Assembly (NCBI GenBank): GCA_040386535.1
Contig: JAZKFH010000009.1
Coordinates: 96,001 to 160,000, forward strand
Reading direction: 5' to 3'
Length of the DNA: 64,000 nucleotides
From: Myxococcota bacterium
GTDB taxonomy: Bacteria; Myxococcota_A; UBA796; SXON01
The notes below the pieces were generated by a model. That model saw only the letters and a list, made by a program, of their open reading frames with translations. It made no database searches and was not told where the DNA came from. Below are positions 10,009 to 19,039 of this stretch, one piece after another. The translations under genes and the position numbers were made by a program. Position 1 is the first letter of the stretch, and each line of letters starts with the position of its first letter.

Positions 10009-10593
10009 ATGGGATACGATCGGGCGGACTCCTGGACGAGACGGGCGAAGGCGGCCGGTTTTCCGGCGCGAAGCGTCTTCAAACTGGAGGAGATCGACAC
10101 CCGCCACCACGTCGTTCCCGCTACGGGGGTGGCGGTCGACCTCGGTTGTTTTCCGGGGAGTTGGAGCAAATGGCTCCTGGGGCGCGGCGTCCGGGTCGTC
10201 GGCGTCGACCTGAAGGCGCCCGAGCTGCCGGGCGGCAAGTGGATCGTCGGCTCCGTGATGGACGTCGAGGCCGCCACGCTCGTGGAGGCGGCCGGCGGGC
10301 GCGCCGATCTCGTCGTGAGCGATCTGGCGCCGAACACCACCGGCCAGCGCCTGGTCGACCACGTGCGTCAGATCGCCCTGGCCGACCGCGCCCTGTCCTT
10401 GGCCGTCGAGATCGGCCGGCCGGGGAGCCACTTCGTCTGCAAGGTGTTCGACGGGGAGGACGCGGGCGCGTTCGTCGAGCGGGTGCGGGCGGCCTACGCG
10501 GACGTGAAACGCCTGAAGCCCGACGCGACGCGCGGGAGCAGCATCGAGTTCTTCGTGGTGGCGAAGGGGCTCAAGGCGCCGAAGGCGGCCTGA
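10009..10593 (+). CDS. rlmE: 23S rRNA Um2552 methyltransferase RlmE/FtsJ
   Basis: ARSVFKLEEI, DLGCFPGSW, VGVDL, SDLAPNTTG, FVCKVF and SIEFF, covering the K-D-K-E tetrad. Confidence 0.92.
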   Translation: MGYDRADSWTRRAKAAGFPARSVFKLEEIDTRHHVVPATGVAVDLGCFPGSWSKWLLGRGVRVVGVDLKAPELPGGKWIVGSVMDVEAATLVEAAGGRADLVVSDLAPNTTGQRLVDHVRQIALADRALSLAVEIGRPGSHFVCKVFDGEDAGAFVERVRAAYADVKRLKPDATRGSSIEFFVVAKGLKAPKAA

Positions 10594-10607
10594 TCACTCC
10601 GGCCTGA

Positions 10608-11723
10608 TCATTCGGCCCGGGCGGGCGCGCGTGCGGTGAGCATCGCGAAGAGGATCGCGTCCGCGAGCGGGGCGCCGCCGAGGGCCGCGCCGGTCTTCCA
10701 GTGGCGCACGCCGCCGGTGTCGACGGGCGCGCCCATGACCGTGGCGGTGCGCGTGAGCGCCTCGGCGGTGGCGAGGTCGCCCGTGGCGCGCGCCGCGCCG
10801 ATGGCAAACCCGGTGGCCGAGACGCCGAAGCCCGCGATGATCGGCCCGGAGTCGATGTCGCCCTTGCCGTTCTGCCCCTTGGGGTACTCCCGCATCACCC
10901 CCAGGCCCCCCACGGTGTCGTAGAGGGCGGCGCGCCCGCCCTGGTAGAGCTCCGCGGCGAGCGCGGTGTCCCAGAAGGAGAGGAAGTACGCGGCGAGGAA
11001 GGTGCCGGAGCCGCGCGGCGCGTCCGCGGGGGCTCCGTCCCGCCACACGGACTGGACGAGCAGGCCATCGACGCGGTAGCGGGCCCGGAGCGTGGTGGTC
11101 CAGGTCGTGAGCAGCGCGCCGTGGTCCGCGCCGGTGACCCGGTCGTAGAGGCCGATGCTGGCGATGCCCGCGGCCACGTCGACCGGGTAACGTTCGGCCG
11201 GGTAGGTCTCGGGGAGGCTGGTCTCGTCGGCGGCGATGCGCCGCGCGAGGGCCTCGGTGAGCGCGTCGTTCACCCCGGCGAAGCGCGACGCTGGATCGAG
11301 CGAGCGGTGCAGCGACAGGACGAGGTTCGTGTAGCCGAGCCAGGCGGCGTGGCCGCGGTCGTCGGCGAGCGTCGTGAGCGGGTCGGCGCTCCACTTGCGG
11401 GCGTCGAAGGCGCGGCCCGCCTCGGAGAGCATCACGTCGATGCAGCGCTCCATGTGGGCGAGATCGGCGGCGCGGGCCTCGGGGTGGGCCGCCGCGTGCT
11501 GCGCGAAGCCGAACGCGGCCATCTGGCAGGTGCCGAAGTGCCACTCCTCGTCGAACAGGGCGCTGCCGGTGCCGAAGTTCCCGGTCGTCACGCCGGCGTC
11601 GACCCACTCGGCCACACCGGCGGCCAACCGATCGTCGAGCGGCGGCTCACCGACACGCTCGGCGGCGTACGCGAGGGGGACGAGGAGCGCGCCGAGGAGC
11701 AGGAAGCGGCGGAGGTGGTGCAT
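10608..11723 (-). CDS. Secreted protein of an uncharacterised family, possibly a linalool dehydratase-like alpha/alpha barrel
   Basis: Signal peptide MHHLRRFLLLGALLVPLAYA; conserved-looking ETYP...YPVD, PRGSG and REYPKG...GDIDSGP segments. The fold assignment is inference. Confidence 0.6.
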   Translation of the reverse strand: MHHLRRFLLLGALLVPLAYAAERVGEPPLDDRLAAGVAEWVDAGVTTGNFGTGSALFDEEWHFGTCQMAAFGFAQHAAAHPEARAADLAHMERCIDVMLSEAGRAFDARKWSADPLTTLADDRGHAAWLGYTNLVLSLHRSLDPASRFAGVNDALTEALARRIAADETSLPETYPAERYPVDVAAGIASIGLYDRVTGADHGALLTTWTTTLRARYRVDGLLVQSVWRDGAPADAPRGSGTFLAAYFLSFWDTALAAELYQGGRAALYDTVGGLGVMREYPKGQNGKGDIDSGPIIAGFGVSATGFAIGAARATGDLATAEALTRTATVMGAPVDTGGVRHWKTGAALGGAPLADAILFAMLTARAPARAE

Positions 11724-11814
11724 TCCTCCAACGTAGACGGCGGCGGTGCGTTCGGGGGCACGGACTCGTGGCGGGCGGGAGGCGGGTGCGTGCAGAGCGT
11801 GTGCAGGGGGGGGG

Positions 11815-12256
11815 GCGGCAGAATCAGGAAGGCAGAGTCGGGAAGGCAGGAAGAGAGGCATGAAGAGAGGCAGGAGGAGGGGAGAAGGCAGAATCAGGAA
11901 GGCAGGAAGAGAGCCAGGAAGGCAGGAAACGAGGCAGGAAGGCAGGCAGGAAGGCAGGAGGAGTGGCAGGAGGAGAGGCAGGAAGGCAGGAAGGCAGGAA
12001 GGCAGGAAACGAGGCAGGAGGAGGGGAGAAGGCAGAATCAGGAAGGCAGGAAGAGAGCCAGGAAGGCAGGAAACGAGGCAGGAAGGCAGGAAGAGAGGCA
12101 GGAAGGCAGGAGGAGAGGCAGGAGGAGAGGCAGGAGGAGAGGCAGGAAGGCAGGAAACGAGGCAGGAGGAGAGGAGAAGGCAGAATCAGGAAGGCAGGAA
12201 GTGAGGAAGGCAGGAGGTCGGAAGGAGGAACATCGGCCTTCGGACCTCGGACTTGG
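11815..12256 (+). repeat. Strand-asymmetric polypurine array of AGGAAGGC/AGGAGGAGAGGC units, ending in heptamer repeats
   Basis: ~410 nt nearly T-free on the + strand; an ~80-nt block recurs at 11867 and 12011 (144 nt apart); TCGGCCT/TCGGACC/TCGGACT heptamers follow. Confidence 0.92.
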
Positions 12257-12385
12257 CGCGTCGTGTCCCGCGGACACGTGGGCGTGCCCTCCGTGCTGGA
12301 GAGTGCGTCACACGCGGAAGGCGAGGGGCACCATCACGGGCTCCCGCCGATCGCCCTCCCCACGCCATTGCGGAGAGAGGCGCGG

Positions 12386-12526
12386 CAGGGGCGCGCAAGG
12401 CGGCCGCGCTCGGGCGGCCGGTCCCGCCCGCCTCACGGCGTTGTCAGAACGACCGAGGAGGCGGGCGGACCGAGCGCAGCGAGCCTGGAGCCGACCCGAC
12501 GGCGGCGTCCGCGGCGCCGGGCCGCC
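12386..12526. repeat. Structured dispersed element, copy A
   Basis: Shares GGCGGCCGCGCT..GCGGCCGGTYCCGCCCGC...CGGGCGRACCGAGC...GCGAGCCYGGAG...ACCCGACGGCGGC with 29169-29272, with compensatory stem changes. Confidence 0.8.
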
Positions 12527-12549
12527 CGGTGTTGCCGGAGGGGGACGGA

Positions 12550-14019
12550 CTAGCTGGCGGAGGAGCTGTCGCCCACGCTCTCGGCCCAACGGGCGAGCGT
12601 GCGGACCATCGTGCCGGTGCCACCGGGGGCGTAGTGCATCAGCGCCGCGTCGAGGAAGGCGGGGCCGGCGATGTCGATGTGGGCCCAGTTCTCGAGCGTG
12701 GTGAACTCGGCGAGGAACAGCGCCGCCGTGATGCTGCCGCCCGCGCGGCCGCCCACGTTCTTGATGTCGCCGTACTCGGCCTTGATCTTGTCCTTGTAGA
12801 GATCCGGCAGCGGCATGCGCCACACGCCCTCGCCGGCTTCACCCGCGCGCGCGGTGAGCGTGCCCGCGAGCGTGTCGGAGCGGGTGTAGAGCGCGGAGTA
12901 CCAGTCACCCAGCGCCACGACGGCGGCGCCGGTGAGCGTCGCGAGGTCGACCAGGGCGTCGGGCTGGAGCTCGGTCGCGTAGGAGAGGCAGTCGGCCAGG
13001 ACGAGGCGGCCCTCGGCGTCGGTGTTGTGGATCTCGACGTTCTTGCCGTTGTACATCTTGAGGATGTCGCCCAGCTTGTAGCTGGTGCCGCTCGGCATGT
13101 TCTCGACGGCGCCGACGATCGCGGTGACCTTGACGGCGGGCGCGAGGGCCGCGATGGCCTTCATCGCGCCGATGACCGCGGCGGCGCCGGCCATGTCGCA
13201 GCGCATCGTCATCATGCCCTCGCTCGGCTTGAGCGAGAGGCCGCCCGAGTCGAACGTGACGCCCTTGCCGACGAACGCGATGTGGCCCTTGGACTCGCCC
13301 TTGGGCGTGTAGGTCATGTGGATGAAGCGCGGCGGGCGCGCGGAGCCCTTGCCGACGCCGTAGATGCCGCCCATGCCCTTCTCGCGGATGGCGGTCTCGT
13401 CGAGCACGAGGACGCTGACGGTGTCGGACTCGAGGCTCTTTGCGACGGCGGCGAGGGACTCGGGGTAGATCTCGTCGGCGGGCTCGTTCACGAGATCCCG
13501 GGCGAGCTCCTGGCCGGCCACGAGCGCGAGGGAGCGGGCGACCGCGGTCTTGTCGTCCTGGAGGCCGACGAACACCACGGACTCGGCCGCGGCCTTCTTG
13601 CCGGTGGACTTGTACTTGTCGAACTTGTAGTTGCCCTCGGCGAAGGCCTCGATGGCGGCGCGTAGCTCGGCGCTGCCGACGGTGGAGTCGGGGAACGCGA
13701 GGGCGATCTTCTTCGCGCCGCGCGCGCGGCCTTCCTTGCCTGCGCTGCCGGCGGCGGCGCGCACGTCGGCGAGGGTGCCGGCGCCGATGCCGACGAGGAG
13801 CACGCGCGTGGCGGCGATGCGGCCGTAGGTGGGCGCGCCGAGGGTGCTGCCGGGCTTGCCGGTGAACTCCTCGTCCGTTGCGACGGCCGTGAGCGGCGCG
13901 GCGAAGTCGCCCAGGCCGGCGAGCGTGCCCGCGACCTTGTCGGCGGGGACGCCGATCACGAGGAGGTCGGCCTGGGTCTGGGCGAGGGAGGAGGAGGCGA
14001 AGGCGACGCGCATGGTCAC
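12550..14019 (-). CDS. pepA: Leucyl aminopeptidase (M17)
   Basis: VGKGVTFDSGG, DMAGAA, NTDAEGRLVLAD, DLATLTGA, WAHIDIAG. Confidence 0.95.
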   Translation of the reverse strand: MTMRVAFASSSLAQTQADLLVIGVPADKVAGTLAGLGDFAAPLTAVATDEEFTGKPGSTLGAPTYGRIAATRVLLVGIGAGTLADVRAAAGSAGKEGRARGAKKIALAFPDSTVGSAELRAAIEAFAEGNYKFDKYKSTGKKAAAESVVFVGLQDDKTAVARSLALVAGQELARDLVNEPADEIYPESLAAVAKSLESDTVSVLVLDETAIREKGMGGIYGVGKGSARPPRFIHMTYTPKGESKGHIAFVGKGVTFDSGGLSLKPSEGMMTMRCDMAGAAAVIGAMKAIAALAPAVKVTAIVGAVENMPSGTSYKLGDILKMYNGKNVEIHNTDAEGRLVLADCLSYATELQPDALVDLATLTGAAVVALGDWYSALYTRSDTLAGTLTARAGEAGEGVWRMPLPDLYKDKIKAEYGDIKNVGGRAGGSITAALFLAEFTTLENWAHIDIAGPAFLDAALMHYAPGGTGTMVRTLARWAESVGDSSSAS

Positions 14020-16190
14020 TTCCTGAGCAGGAGAAACACGAGGAGGAGGACGAGGATGATCACACCGAGACCGGCCATGACCGCGATGTACGGGTCATTG
14101 CGGAGCTGGTGCCAGACTCGGGACAAGGGGCTCGGCTCGGCGTCCTCGTCGGCGAAGGGGTTCGGCGGCTCCTCCTCGGTGTCGAGGTTGCGGGAGGCGT
14201 TGGCGCCCGGCAGGGCCTCCTGGCTCCAGTCGCGCGCCTTGTAGACGGGCTCGGGGGGCGGGAGCGGGGCCGGGCGCACCGACACGACGGGGCGCGGATC
14301 GTAGGCGCGCTCGGGCGGTGTGTACGCCGCCGGGACGTGGAAGGGCATGCCGACGGCGGGGCCGGAGGGCCCGGGCTCGGGGAGGAGATCCATCTCCTCG
14401 TCGTCGTAGGTGTTCTCGACCTCGACCGGGGCCACGTGCGCGACGGGGAAGGAGTGGCGCCCCGCCCCGCTGATCGGGGCCTCGATCATCGGCGCGGTGC
14501 GGTCGGACGGCGGGATCGGCAGCGGGACCGGCGCCGGGGGGGACTGGACGCCGGACACCGGCACCGCGGTGATCGACGGATCGTCGAACCCGTGGCGATC
14601 GGTGCGCGTGGGCGCGGGGGGCTTGGGGCCGGGCGTGTAGGGGGGCGGCGTGCCGCGGGTGGGGAGGGCCTCGGTGTGCTCGGGCTCGGGGACCGCCGCG
14701 TTGAACGCGGGCGCGCCGACCCGGGGGCCGGACCCGGCGGCCGCGGCATGGCTTGTGGTCAGCGGTGCGCCCGGCAACGCGACGCCGCCGCTGACGATCT
14801 CGGCGCGCGGCGCCTGCTGGGTCACCGTGATGGGATCGGGCCGCAAGGGGAGGGGGCTCGCCACCGGCGGCTCGGCGCGCGGCACCCAGCCGGGCGCGGC
14901 GCGGACGTTGAACTCGGCCTCGGAGGTGACGGGCGGCTGGCCGGAGTCGCGGATCGCGAAGGCGAGGCGCGCGCGGTAGCGGCCGGGGCCGAGCCCGCCG
15001 ACGGTGAACGAGAAGCGGTACCGACCCGAGGGGTGGCGATCGACCGAGTAGCCGAGCGAGAGATCCTTGACGCGCACGTCCCGGTCCAGCTCGAACATGG
15101 CCATGCCGACGCCGATCTCCTCCTGCCCCTCGACCCCGGCCGAGGTGCCGACGGTGGTGGTGAAGGTGATGTCCTCGTCGGTGGTGAACCAGGGCTTGGC
15201 GGCGGTGCGATCGAGCAGCACCTTGCCGACGGAGCTCACCTGCGGGCGGATGAGCTGTTGGATCTCGTCGAGGCGGGCCTGCAGCTCGTCGAGCCGGGGG
15301 AAGCGGTACGGGGGCGAGGGCGTGGTTTCGCGGGAGATGGCGCGCGAGAGCAGCACCGCGACGCGCTCGGCGAGCCGCCCGTGGAAGCGCGGGTTCGAGT
15401 CCTCGAGCTTCATGCGCTCGACGACGTGATCCTTGAGCGCCACCTGCGCGGCCTTGTCGAGGCCGGCGCGCGGCCAGGGAGGCGCGGGCTGGGCGGTGAC
15501 GAGGCCCCGCCACAACATCATCGCGAGGGAGTAGGTGTCGACCCCGGCGCCCCAGCCGTTCCCCACGGATCCGGCCACGAGCGGCGCGTCGGAGAGCTCG
15601 GGCGGGAGGTAGGGCTGGCCGCCGGGCACCACGGAGGCGAGGCGCGCGAAGTTGCGGCGGACACCGACGGTCGCGAGGTCGGAGAGGAAGATCTCCCCCC
15701 GGTCGTTGAACAGGACGTTCGACGGGCGCAAGCCGCCGTGCTGCCCGGGATCCGCGCCGAGCGCGCGCAGGTGCTTCGCGACGCCGAGGAGGACCTCGAT
15801 GAGGGCGCCGGTCGAGAGGCCCTCGGCCATGCGGCGCTCGAGGGTTTCCGGGAAGCGGGGGATGACGATCGCCGGCTGCCCGTCGGGCAGGGTGAAGCGG
15901 CTCTCGATCCGAGGCAGGAAGGGGTGCTGCCCGAGCTCGTAGAGCCGGGCCTGCTCGAGCAGCGCTTCGCGGCAGGCGGCGAAGAACGCGTCAGCGCCGG
16001 GGATCTCGCCGCGGAAGTCCTCGGGGGCGAGCGGCGTCTTGAGGACGAACTGGGCATCGTCCCCGCCGTGCGCATCAGCGGACTGGCGGCGGACGACGTA
16101 GGACTTCCCCCACAGGCCACGTCCGAGGAGCTGGCCGAGCTGGTAGCTGTTGCCCTGCCCGTCGCGGACGTTTTCGCCTGTCTTGATCAA
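14016..16190 (-). CDS. Membrane-anchored Ser/Thr kinase-like protein, probable pseudokinase
   Basis: G-loop LGRGLWG and FVLK are present, but HGGLRPSN replaces HRDLKPxN and DLA replaces DFG. A beta-rich middle domain, Pro-rich linker and C-terminal TM follow. The stop overlaps the pepA GTG. Confidence 0.8.
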   Translation of the reverse strand: MIKTGENVRDGQGNSYQLGQLLGRGLWGKSYVVRRQSADAHGGDDAQFVLKTPLAPEDFRGEIPGADAFFAACREALLEQARLYELGQHPFLPRIESRFTLPDGQPAIVIPRFPETLERRMAEGLSTGALIEVLLGVAKHLRALGADPGQHGGLRPSNVLFNDRGEIFLSDLATVGVRRNFARLASVVPGGQPYLPPELSDAPLVAGSVGNGWGAGVDTYSLAMMLWRGLVTAQPAPPWPRAGLDKAAQVALKDHVVERMKLEDSNPRFHGRLAERVAVLLSRAISRETTPSPPYRFPRLDELQARLDEIQQLIRPQVSSVGKVLLDRTAAKPWFTTDEDITFTTTVGTSAGVEGQEEIGVGMAMFELDRDVRVKDLSLGYSVDRHPSGRYRFSFTVGGLGPGRYRARLAFAIRDSGQPPVTSEAEFNVRAAPGWVPRAEPPVASPLPLRPDPITVTQQAPRAEIVSGGVALPGAPLTTSHAAAAGSGPRVGAPAFNAAVPEPEHTEALPTRGTPPPYTPGPKPPAPTRTDRHGFDDPSITAVPVSGVQSPPAPVPLPIPPSDRTAPMIEAPISGAGRHSFPVAHVAPVEVENTYDDEEMDLLPEPGPSGPAVGMPFHVPAAYTPPERAYDPRPVVSVRPAPLPPPEPVYKARDWSQEALPGANASRNLDTEEEPPNPFADEDAEPSPLSRVWHQLRNDPYIAVMAGLGVIILVLLLVFLLLRK

Positions 16191-16268
16191 GGTTCGGGGT
16201 CCGGAGTCCGGCTAAGTATCGGTCGCGCCGGGGGCGTGTCAACGCGAGGCGTGCGATAGTCGGGAGCC

Positions 16269-17867
16269 GTGGTCTACCCCCCCGCCGGAAACGGCCCGTA
16301 CCGACTCCTGCGAGGCTTCAACGCGCGAGCCGTGCGCGCCTTCGATACCTCCTGCGCCGAGCCGGAGGCTGCCCAACGGGCGCGGCTCGACGTCCTGCTC
16401 GCCGGGCTGCGGGGAACGGCCTTCGCCGCGGAGCACGGGCTCACCGGCGCCGAGGATCTGGAGGCCTTCCGGGCCCGGGTGCCGATCCGGCCGCACGCGG
16501 AGCTGGTCGGGTGGTTGGACCGCGTGTCCGCCGGCGAGGCCGACGTGCTCACCCGCGCGCCCGTGCGATCGCTCCTGGAGACGAGCGGCACCACGGGCCG
16601 TCCGAAGTGGCTGCCGGTCACCGAGCCATGGGCACGTAGCGTCGCAGACGCGCAGGCGTTGTGGGTGCTCGCGCTGCTCCGCGACGACGAGGGGCTGGCG
16701 AAGGGCAAGGCGCTCTCTGTCGTGAGCCCCGCCGAACACATGCGATCGCCCGGCGGCCTCGCGGTCGGCAGCAACACCGGGCGCATGTTCCAGGCGCAGC
16801 CGTGGTGGGTGCGGTGGCGCGCGCCCGTGCCCTACGCCGTCTACTGCATCGAGGACCCGACACTCCGCGCCTACTGTGTCCTGCGGCATGCGTTGGGCCA
16901 GCCGGTGACGAGCTGGACCACCGCCAACCCGTCGACCCTGCTCCTGTACTGCCGCCGCCTGCGTGACTGGTGGGAGGACCTTCGCGCCGACGGTCACGAC
17001 GGCACGTTGGCCCACGGGCCCGCCGCCGCGCTCCCGCCGAAGGTGCGCGCGTCGCTCGCCAAGGGGCTCGGGCGGGTGCGTCTCGGCGACGATCCTCGGC
17101 CGGCGAAGGTGTGGGATCTGCGCCGCGTGAACTGTTGGATGGGCGGCTCGGCGCCCTTCTTCCTCGCACGCCTGCCCGACGCGCTCGGCGCCGACGTGCC
17201 CGTGCGCGAGGTCGGGGTCACCGCGTCCGAGGGCTTCTTCGCGATCCCGGTGGATGACGACGCCTCGGTGGCGTGGCTCGCCGGGCACCTGCTCGAGTTC
17301 GTCGGGGACGACGGCGTGGCGCGGATGGCGTGGGAGGTCGAGGTGGGGCGGGAGTATCGCCTGGTCGTGAGCACGGAGGCGGGGCTGTACCGCTACGATC
17401 TGGGCGACGTGGTGCGGATCACCGGGTGGTACGGCCGCGCGCCGCGGATGGTGTTCGTCCGCAAGGCGGGCAACGTGCTCAACGCGATGGGAGAGAAGGT
17501 GACCGAGGATCAAGTGGTGGCGGCGGCGCGCGAGGCCTTCGCCGGCGCCGTGGGCGTGTCGGTGAGCATCGGGTGGGGCGAGATCCCGGTGCTCCGCGTG
17601 GCGGTCGAGACCGCCGCATCTTCTGGCGGAGACGCCGCGCTCGCACGCTTCGACACGGCGCTTCGTGCCGCCAACGTGGAGTACGACGGGCGGCGCGCGA
17701 GCGGGCGCATGGGCGGGCCGACCGCGGAGTGGGTGCGGACGGGCGCGTTCGCGGACTGGCGGGACGCGCGTGTGCGCGCGGGCGCGCCGGATGCCCAGGT
17801 GAAGGACCCCATCGTGCTGGACAGCGACAAGTGGGACGCCCTCGTGGGTGCGCGGATGGACACATGA
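16269..17867 (+). CDS. GH3 family (acyl-acid amido synthetase-like) adenylating enzyme
   Basis: FRARVPI, ETSGTTGRPK (P-loop), ANPSTLL, ASEG, GLYRYDLGD, GEK. Confidence 0.88.
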   Translation: MVYPPAGNGPYRLLRGFNARAVRAFDTSCAEPEAAQRARLDVLLAGLRGTAFAAEHGLTGAEDLEAFRARVPIRPHAELVGWLDRVSAGEADVLTRAPVRSLLETSGTTGRPKWLPVTEPWARSVADAQALWVLALLRDDEGLAKGKALSVVSPAEHMRSPGGLAVGSNTGRMFQAQPWWVRWRAPVPYAVYCIEDPTLRAYCVLRHALGQPVTSWTTANPSTLLLYCRRLRDWWEDLRADGHDGTLAHGPAAALPPKVRASLAKGLGRVRLGDDPRPAKVWDLRRVNCWMGGSAPFFLARLPDALGADVPVREVGVTASEGFFAIPVDDDASVAWLAGHLLEFVGDDGVARMAWEVEVGREYRLVVSTEAGLYRYDLGDVVRITGWYGRAPRMVFVRKAGNVLNAMGEKVTEDQVVAAAREAFAGAVGVSVSIGWGEIPVLRVAVETAASSGGDAALARFDTALRAANVEYDGRRASGRMGGPTAEWVRTGAFADWRDARVRAGAPDAQVKDPIVLDSDKWDALVGARMDT

Positions 17868-19039
17868 TGGGCGTGCGCTTCCTCCTCGGCGGCATCGCGC
17901 TGTTCTGGCTCGGCGCCGCGTACAAGACGTGGCGCGGCCAGCGTGAGGGCACGTGGCGCCTCGGCCCCGACGCGCCCGTCCGCGGCGGGCTCCCGCGGCT
18001 CGTGGTGGTCGTGCCCGCCCGCAACGAGGCCAAGGTCATCGGCGCCTGCGTGGCGGCGCTCCGCGCGTCCGACCACCCCGACATCGTGGTGCGGGTGTAC
18101 GACGACGGCTCGACCGACCGCACCGGCGCGATCGCGGCCGCAGCGGGCGCCGAGGTGCTCACCGGTGGCGACGAGCCCCTGCCCGAGGGGTGGAAAGGCA
18201 AACCCTGGGCGCTGGTCCGCGCCACGCGCGACGTGACCGCGGAGTGGATCCTGTTCCTCGACGCCGACGTGCGGGTGCACCCCGCGGCGCTCTCCCGCGC
18301 GCACAGCCGCGCGATGAACGACGGCGTCGATTTTCTCTCGGGGTTCGGGCGGCTGGAGATGGGGAGCTTCTGGGAGAAGGTGATCCAGCCCTCGGTGGGC
18401 GGGCTCATCATCGCGGGCAACGATCTGGACGGCGTCAACGACCCTGCGAAGCCCGAGAAGGTCATCGCCAACGGGCAGTTCATCCTCGTGCGCCGCGCGG
18501 CGTACGAGGCCGTGGGCGGGCACGGCGCGGTGAAGGACGACATCCTCGACGATGTCGGCCTCGCCAAGGCGTTCGTGACCGCGGGGCACACCATCCGCGT
18601 GCTCTTCATGCGCGAGCTGTTCGCGTGCCGCATGTACACGAACCTGCACGAGCTCTGGTTCGGGTGGACCAAGAACCTGTTCGCCGGCATGGGCTACCGT
18701 CGGGACCGCGTGGTGTTTCTCATCGGCGTGCTGCTCATCGAGTTCCTGCTGCCCTACGCGGTCCTCGCCTACGGGCTCGCGACCGGCCACAAAGAGCTGC
18801 TCGCCTGGGGCGTCGGCCTCGTGGGGCTCATCCACCTCGTCCGCGCCTGGCTCGATCGCCTGTTCGGGCAGGACCTGCGCTACGGCCTCCTCCAGCCGCT
18901 CGGCGCCGCCATGTTGATCGGGCTCCTGTACGACTCGTCGCGGCGCTCCCGCACGGGGAAGGTGATCTGGAAGGGGCGCACCTACTCGGCGGCGCGGCCG
19001 CCCGACGCGCCCCCGGCACCGGGGATCACGCCGACGTGA
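17864..19039 (+). CDS. GT2 glycosyltransferase with N- and C-terminal TMs (CrtQ/HpnB-like)
   Basis: VVVPARNE, DDGSTD, GWKGK, FLDADV, ANGQF, DDVGLA; ATGA overlap with the GH3 stop. Confidence 0.9.
   Translation: MMGVRFLLGGIALFWLGAAYKTWRGQREGTWRLGPDAPVRGGLPRLVVVVPARNEAKVIGACVAALRASDHPDIVVRVYDDGSTDRTGAIAAAAGAEVLTGGDEPLPEGWKGKPWALVRATRDVTAEWILFLDADVRVHPAALSRAHSRAMNDGVDFLSGFGRLEMGSFWEKVIQPSVGGLIIAGNDLDGVNDPAKPEKVIANGQFILVRRAAYEAVGGHGAVKDDILDDVGLAKAFVTAGHTIRVLFMRELFACRMYTNLHELWFGWTKNLFAGMGYRRDRVVFLIGVLLIEFLLPYAVLAYGLATGHKELLAWGVGLVGLIHLVRAWLDRLFGQDLRYGLLQPLGAAMLIGLLYDSSRRSRTGKVIWKGRTYSAARPPDAPPAPGITPT

Noticed and set aside
10701..12704. Low-complexity ORFs through the purine tract (and 28300-29301 through the second array)
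   Set aside because: They stay open because the repeat has few stop codons. The translations are R/Q/E/G or S/C/L/P junk and overlap real genes on the other strand.
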